A stretch of 64,000 nt of DNA, from positions 1,158,952-1,222,951 of the forward strand of contig NW_003314307.1 in the NCBI RefSeq assembly GCF_000143415.4, written 5' to 3'. This stretch comes from Selaginella moellendorffii. Its lineage: Eukaryota; Plantae; Lycopodiophyta. This document shows positions 59,538-64,000 of the stretch, in pieces. Each line of letters starts with the position of its first letter. Within the stretch, counting starts at the first letter, position 1. The translations under genes were made by a program, and so were the position numbers. The notes under the pieces are model-generated. The model saw only the letters and a list, made by a program, of their open reading frames with translations, did no database searches and was not told the DNA's origin.

Positions 59538-60944
59538 ACTAATAAGGAGACTGGCCAAAAGGATGATTTAGAAGTGCAAGAGAATAATTTTAGACCAATG
59601 CTAGAGAATTTAGTGACATTTGATGGGCTTTAGCTTTCTTGAAGGAATAGCGATAAAAGAATTTTAGAATAATATAGAGTCTTCTTATGTATATACTTTG
59701 AGTGATTATTAATTTTTTGGAAAGATGAATTTTAGTGTTTAGCGAGGGATTTTCTAACAAATTAATTTGAAGTTGAGGCTTTGTTTTAGCCAATAACATT
59801 TCATTGTTAATTTTTTTAATGACACTTCAAAATATTGAGGCACAAAAGAAGCTTTTTGCATGTCTTGATGACTAGAAGATAATCTTTTTTGTGGAAGGTT
59901 AAGTTATAGCTGATTATGAGTGGATGCGAGATATATTTAGAGGTGCTTGCATTTGCCAAACAAGTGGAGTATTTTTTCTGAGGTGACAATAAAGATTGGG
60001 AGAAGCATAATAAAGAGAAATATTATGATACCTCATAAGGTTTTAAGGAAGTTACTTCAGTCTAAGAAAAGGAAGAGGTTCAAGAAGAAAAATTCTTCTA
60101 AGATACCTTTAAGTATGGTATTTATTTCCTTTGTGGCAATCTATAACACTTATTCAAGATTTTATAGAGTGTAAATAGAAGGAAAAAGCCTCTTAGATTG
60201 TGATCCAAACACTATCCTAGTGTTCAAGCTTTTTCAGATAGTGACATAAAAAAATCTCAACATGAAGTGGGAAGTAGTGATCCTTGAGATGACAAGGACT
60301 AAATTTACGAAGAAGAACAACCTCAAAAATTATGGAGCACATGTTGTTCTTATGTGCTCCTTCATAACTACTCAGGTATGTATATATAACCTCATCAACC
60401 ACTCAATAATTATGGTAGAGAAGATGGTGGATTTATTTAATATAGAAGACTAGCTTCCAATAGTTTATAAAGAGTGCCAATGGTAGTGTGTGCAAATCCA
60501 TTGATCATATACAATGCTGGGCAAATATATTTATCTATAAGATCGATAGCCTTGGTAAAATAATGGTTTCAAATTTTGTAATGCGGCTTGATATTAATAA
60601 GTATCATCACAGAAATTAACAATAAAAAAGTCATTAGCTAGACCAAAGGTTTTAGCACTAAAATTTGCTAGAACAGTTGTCTACCGCTAGGATATTAATA
60701 ATGATTGTTTCAAATTTAATGAGAAAAATATAAAGCCATTTTACAATGATGATAGAAATTGTTATAAGGTTAAAGATAAATCCTAAATTCCTTGAATTTT
60801 ATATGTACTACATAGCATAAAATAAAAGGGTTGTCTTGGACTTCTTTAATGGCTCAAGACATGCCCTTCTCAAAATTTTCAACAACTATTATATATTATT
60901 GAGTAAAATTTTTTCTACTTATACTCACATTATTGCCCATGCTT

Positions 60945-61075
60945 GGCAAAATAGTGACAAATAAACAAAGATAAAAATGTAGAGAAGAGAAGAAGAATGA
61001 GAAGAGAATAAAAAAGAACTTAGCCTCAAACCTCAAAGGGGTGAGTAAGGATAAATATATGTTACTTTCTCAACT
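60945..61075 (+). repeat. Dispersed A-rich repeat segment, second copy at ~63688-63840
   Basis: GCAAAATAGTGA...AAGAAGAATGAGAA...AGGATAAATATATGT...CTCAACT occurs in both. Confidence 0.7.
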
Positions 61076-61161
61076 GTAAGTGATTAAATTTTCCATTCTA
61101 CTTTAATCACTTAACTACACTTTTGACCACTTAGAGGAGTTTCATTCACAACCTCTACAAT

Positions 61162-61557
61162 TGTAAACTCTTGAGTTTGGACTTCTTGGGAGGTCACTTA
61201 GCCCAATACTATTCAAACCCAAGGACGTTTAACCCCAAATATCCCAAGACCCTTAACCGATTGGAAAAGGGGGTGCACTCTTATTCATGGGCCCTTTCCC
61301 TTTATATTTGAACCCCATGGATCGTCTCTCAAATCGTTCTCTTTGGTTGCTTACACCAACTTGAGGACATGCTAACCCCATAAGTAGCATCTATGCCACT
61401 TAGCCTTTGCCCTTGGTCCACGTATTCCATATGTTTGATCCTATGGCCGACACTCCAAAAGTACCACTAACATATCAGCTTATTACACTAAGGCCATGTC
61501 TATTCACCTTCATCTCATTAGTAATCCAAGACCACATATATCACAAACCCATCTCTT
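61162..61557 (-). mobile_element. Inverted partial copy of the TRIM-like family (3' LTR plus adjacent internal region)
   Basis: Reverse complement of ~59141-59537; LTR at 61355-61162. Confidence 0.85.
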
Positions 61558-61869
61558 AAAGACTGGGCTATCTGTCCATGAGTGGTCATCTTATGACCAC
61601 ACCTTAGCACCCTTAAAATGCTTAAAGACATGATAAACACTTTTCCACAATATCCCTTATCTAATCCCTACCAAGTCCCACTCTATCCTTGGTAGTGCTT
61701 GTTAATACTACCATTGAGTCAGAGCCTGTAGACTTAACCATTAAGTCCCATTGATCTCTAGGACTTAATTGCTAGTGTCCTTAATCACTCACAAAAGGAT
61801 TATTCCTCTTCTTTTCCACAATCTGGGATTTTGGGATAATATTTCAAAACACCATAACCTTATATAAGC

Positions 61870-62648
61870 TTTAGGGGTACTCTCCCCACCTTCTGCCTTT
61901 TGGTGCCCTAGCCATATAGCTAAAGTGAAGTTTTAATGAGTTACACTAAGTATCCAAGTAGGTAATGCCACTTATACTTAGATTGAGAGCATTGACCATC
62001 TGATCTCCTGAAGGAGATAGAGCCGGCTCTTGAACATTTCACCAAGCTACCCTACTTGTTTGTCCATATTCACTTTAGTTTTGGACTTCTTAGTGGTTAT
62101 ATCATCACCCAATACATGGGTATAACCTTCTTAAGTCACATTAGCCTTTTTTAGCCAAATTAGTTCCACTGGAGTTTAACCCCTACACTTTATGGGACGA
62201 TTGCTTTATGCTTTCACCCTATAGCCTATATTAGTATTTGGACTTAGTCTTGGACTTGGATTTGGACTTGGACTCAGACTCAAACTCGAACTCAAATGAA
62301 CTTAGTCTCAGTCTCGGTCTTAGTCTTAGTCTTTATCTCGGTTCATCTCGGACTCCATTTGGGACTCCACCTCAAACTCTATCTCGGGTCCATCTCGGGC
62401 TCCATCTTGGACTCCTTCTCAGACTCCATCTTAACACTTCTATGTGTTATGTGTTAGTCCTATTATGTCCCTTTTTTAGAGACTCACTTATTGCTTGCTT
62501 CGTGCTCATTCCTCAAACACTTCCTTAGGAATTCTATTCCGACTCTTGACTTTTCAAGTTTGAGCTTTTAATCCAAATGTGTTACACTTATTTAGCTTTC
62601 GCTTCAACCACTACTATGTGGCCCCCTTTTAGCTCCACTTTGGGATTT
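61870..62648 (-). repeat. Inverted copy 3 of the ~0.9-kb minisatellite-containing repeat
   Basis: Reverse complement of the 36636-37535 unit; GACTCCATCTTG-type array at ~62238-62432. Confidence 0.8.
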
Positions 62649-64000
62649 GAGATCAATTTGCTTGTGGAATGATGTTAGGTAGCTTTTCAAGTATATGATA
62701 GCTAATTTGTGAAAGACTTTATTTCAGATTTAAACAAAAATTACTTTTCAAGACAAATTTCTCTCTAGTGGTAATGGTCAATATAAGTCTCTATTGAAGC
62801 TTGTATAACAAATTTTTGAATTTTAAATGTTTGAGTAAGCTCTTTATGTATAACAAATGAGCATTGATTAATTCATTTAAATGTACTAGGCATAGAGTGG
62901 TTTGTGATAATCGTTTTTAAATTTTTGACTTGTAAGTCTTTTTCAAGTCTTATAGGCTCTTGCAATATGTGTAGGAAACTTAAACTCAGGATAAGTCTAC
63001 TCTCAAACCATGTCTAAGTAGTTGTCTAAACTAAAGAACTTTGGATCAAAGCTTTGAGACAACACAATATTCTATTGTGATTTTGCCTCGTAAGATTTGG
63101 GTGAATAATTCCCCAATTTATTCTTTGTTAAGGTTGGCTCTAACTCTTTTTAAACTGGAGTCAAAGACAAGAATTACAAGGGCCTAATTTTCCTACTTGC
63201 ATATGTCTAGAAAAATTGTGACACACTATTGAAAAATGTGTCCTTTAAAAACCAAGTGAGAACTTGCTTAGAAGAAAAGAATTTTAAAGTAGTTAATTGT
63301 GTTTTCCACATCAAACACACTCAATTCTTTCTTCTTTTGGATTTTTCTCAAGAAATTGCTAGTTAAAATAATTTGAACTTGAGTTTCTTGGCAATATATG
63401 CTAAATTCCAATTTCAAACTCATCCCATGCTTTGGCGCTTAGGTAACGGTTGAAAAATTATTTGTCTGGCATGGTCTAAGTACTAATCCACTACAATCGC
63501 AAAGAAAGCTCCTTTGTTTAGTGTTGTCTAGGCTTAAAGCCTCTACAATTACTAAAGAGATTTACTTGTGATTCCTAGTGCAATTTTCTCTTAGTTGTTT
63601 CTCAAACTAAAGAATGACAACTTATCCTACTATGGTTGCCAAAAGTGAGTAAGGTTTTTTCTGTTTATACTCTGATTCTTGCCTCTGTTTGCAAAATAGT
63701 GATAAAAAAGTAGAGACAAAATATAGAAAAAGATAAAAAAAGATAAAAAAAGATAAGAAGAATGAGAAAAGAATAAAAAAGAACTCAACCTCAAACCCCA
63801 AAAGTGTAAATAAGGATAAATATATGTCACTCTCTCAACTCTATTTTGCACAAATTGTTATAGGTGAAAGAAAAGATAATTCAATACAAATGTATATAAT
63901 AGTGAATGGGGATTGTTTTCTAGTATGTCTAAATGCTACTTATATAGTGCATGATTTTATAATCATTCTTAATTGCTTCTCACTTATTTATGATAAATGT

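Overview
Eukaryotic plant nuclear DNA. The very short GT-AG introns (about 45-100 nt), tight gene packing and intronless PLS-type PPR genes suggest a lycophyte such as Selaginella (inference). Bases 1-20 kb are gene-dense: the 5' part of a UPL1/2-type HECT E3 ligase, two PPR genes, a GLUTAMINE DUMPER-like gene, a 12-exon gene that appears to fuse a PAXX/XRCC4-like head to a Crypton-derived (DUF3504-like) tyrosine-recombinase domain, a tau-class GST and glycine-cleavage H protein. Bases 20-64 kb are mostly AT-rich and repeat-rich: a PPR pseudogene, a third PPR gene, a decayed chromovirus Gypsy element spanning a 100-N gap, a ~0.9-kb minisatellite-containing repeat family, Gypsy pol debris, an SPH (S-protein homologue) gene and an 800-bp TRIM-like element with a 5-bp TSD. 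The standout feature is a 13.6-kb DNA transposon (37792-51362) with ~27-bp TIRs and a 4-bp AGTC target-site duplication. It carries a Sola-like DDD transposase and a divergent multi-exon cargo gene (ParB-like, methyltransferase-like and FCP1/HAD phosphatase-like regions). It also contains about 25-30 dispersed copies of a 22-bp palindrome, ATGGCRTG-N6-CAYGCCAT, which suggests a self-recognition or anti-silencing system. All domain assignments are by-eye motif recognition; no searches were run.
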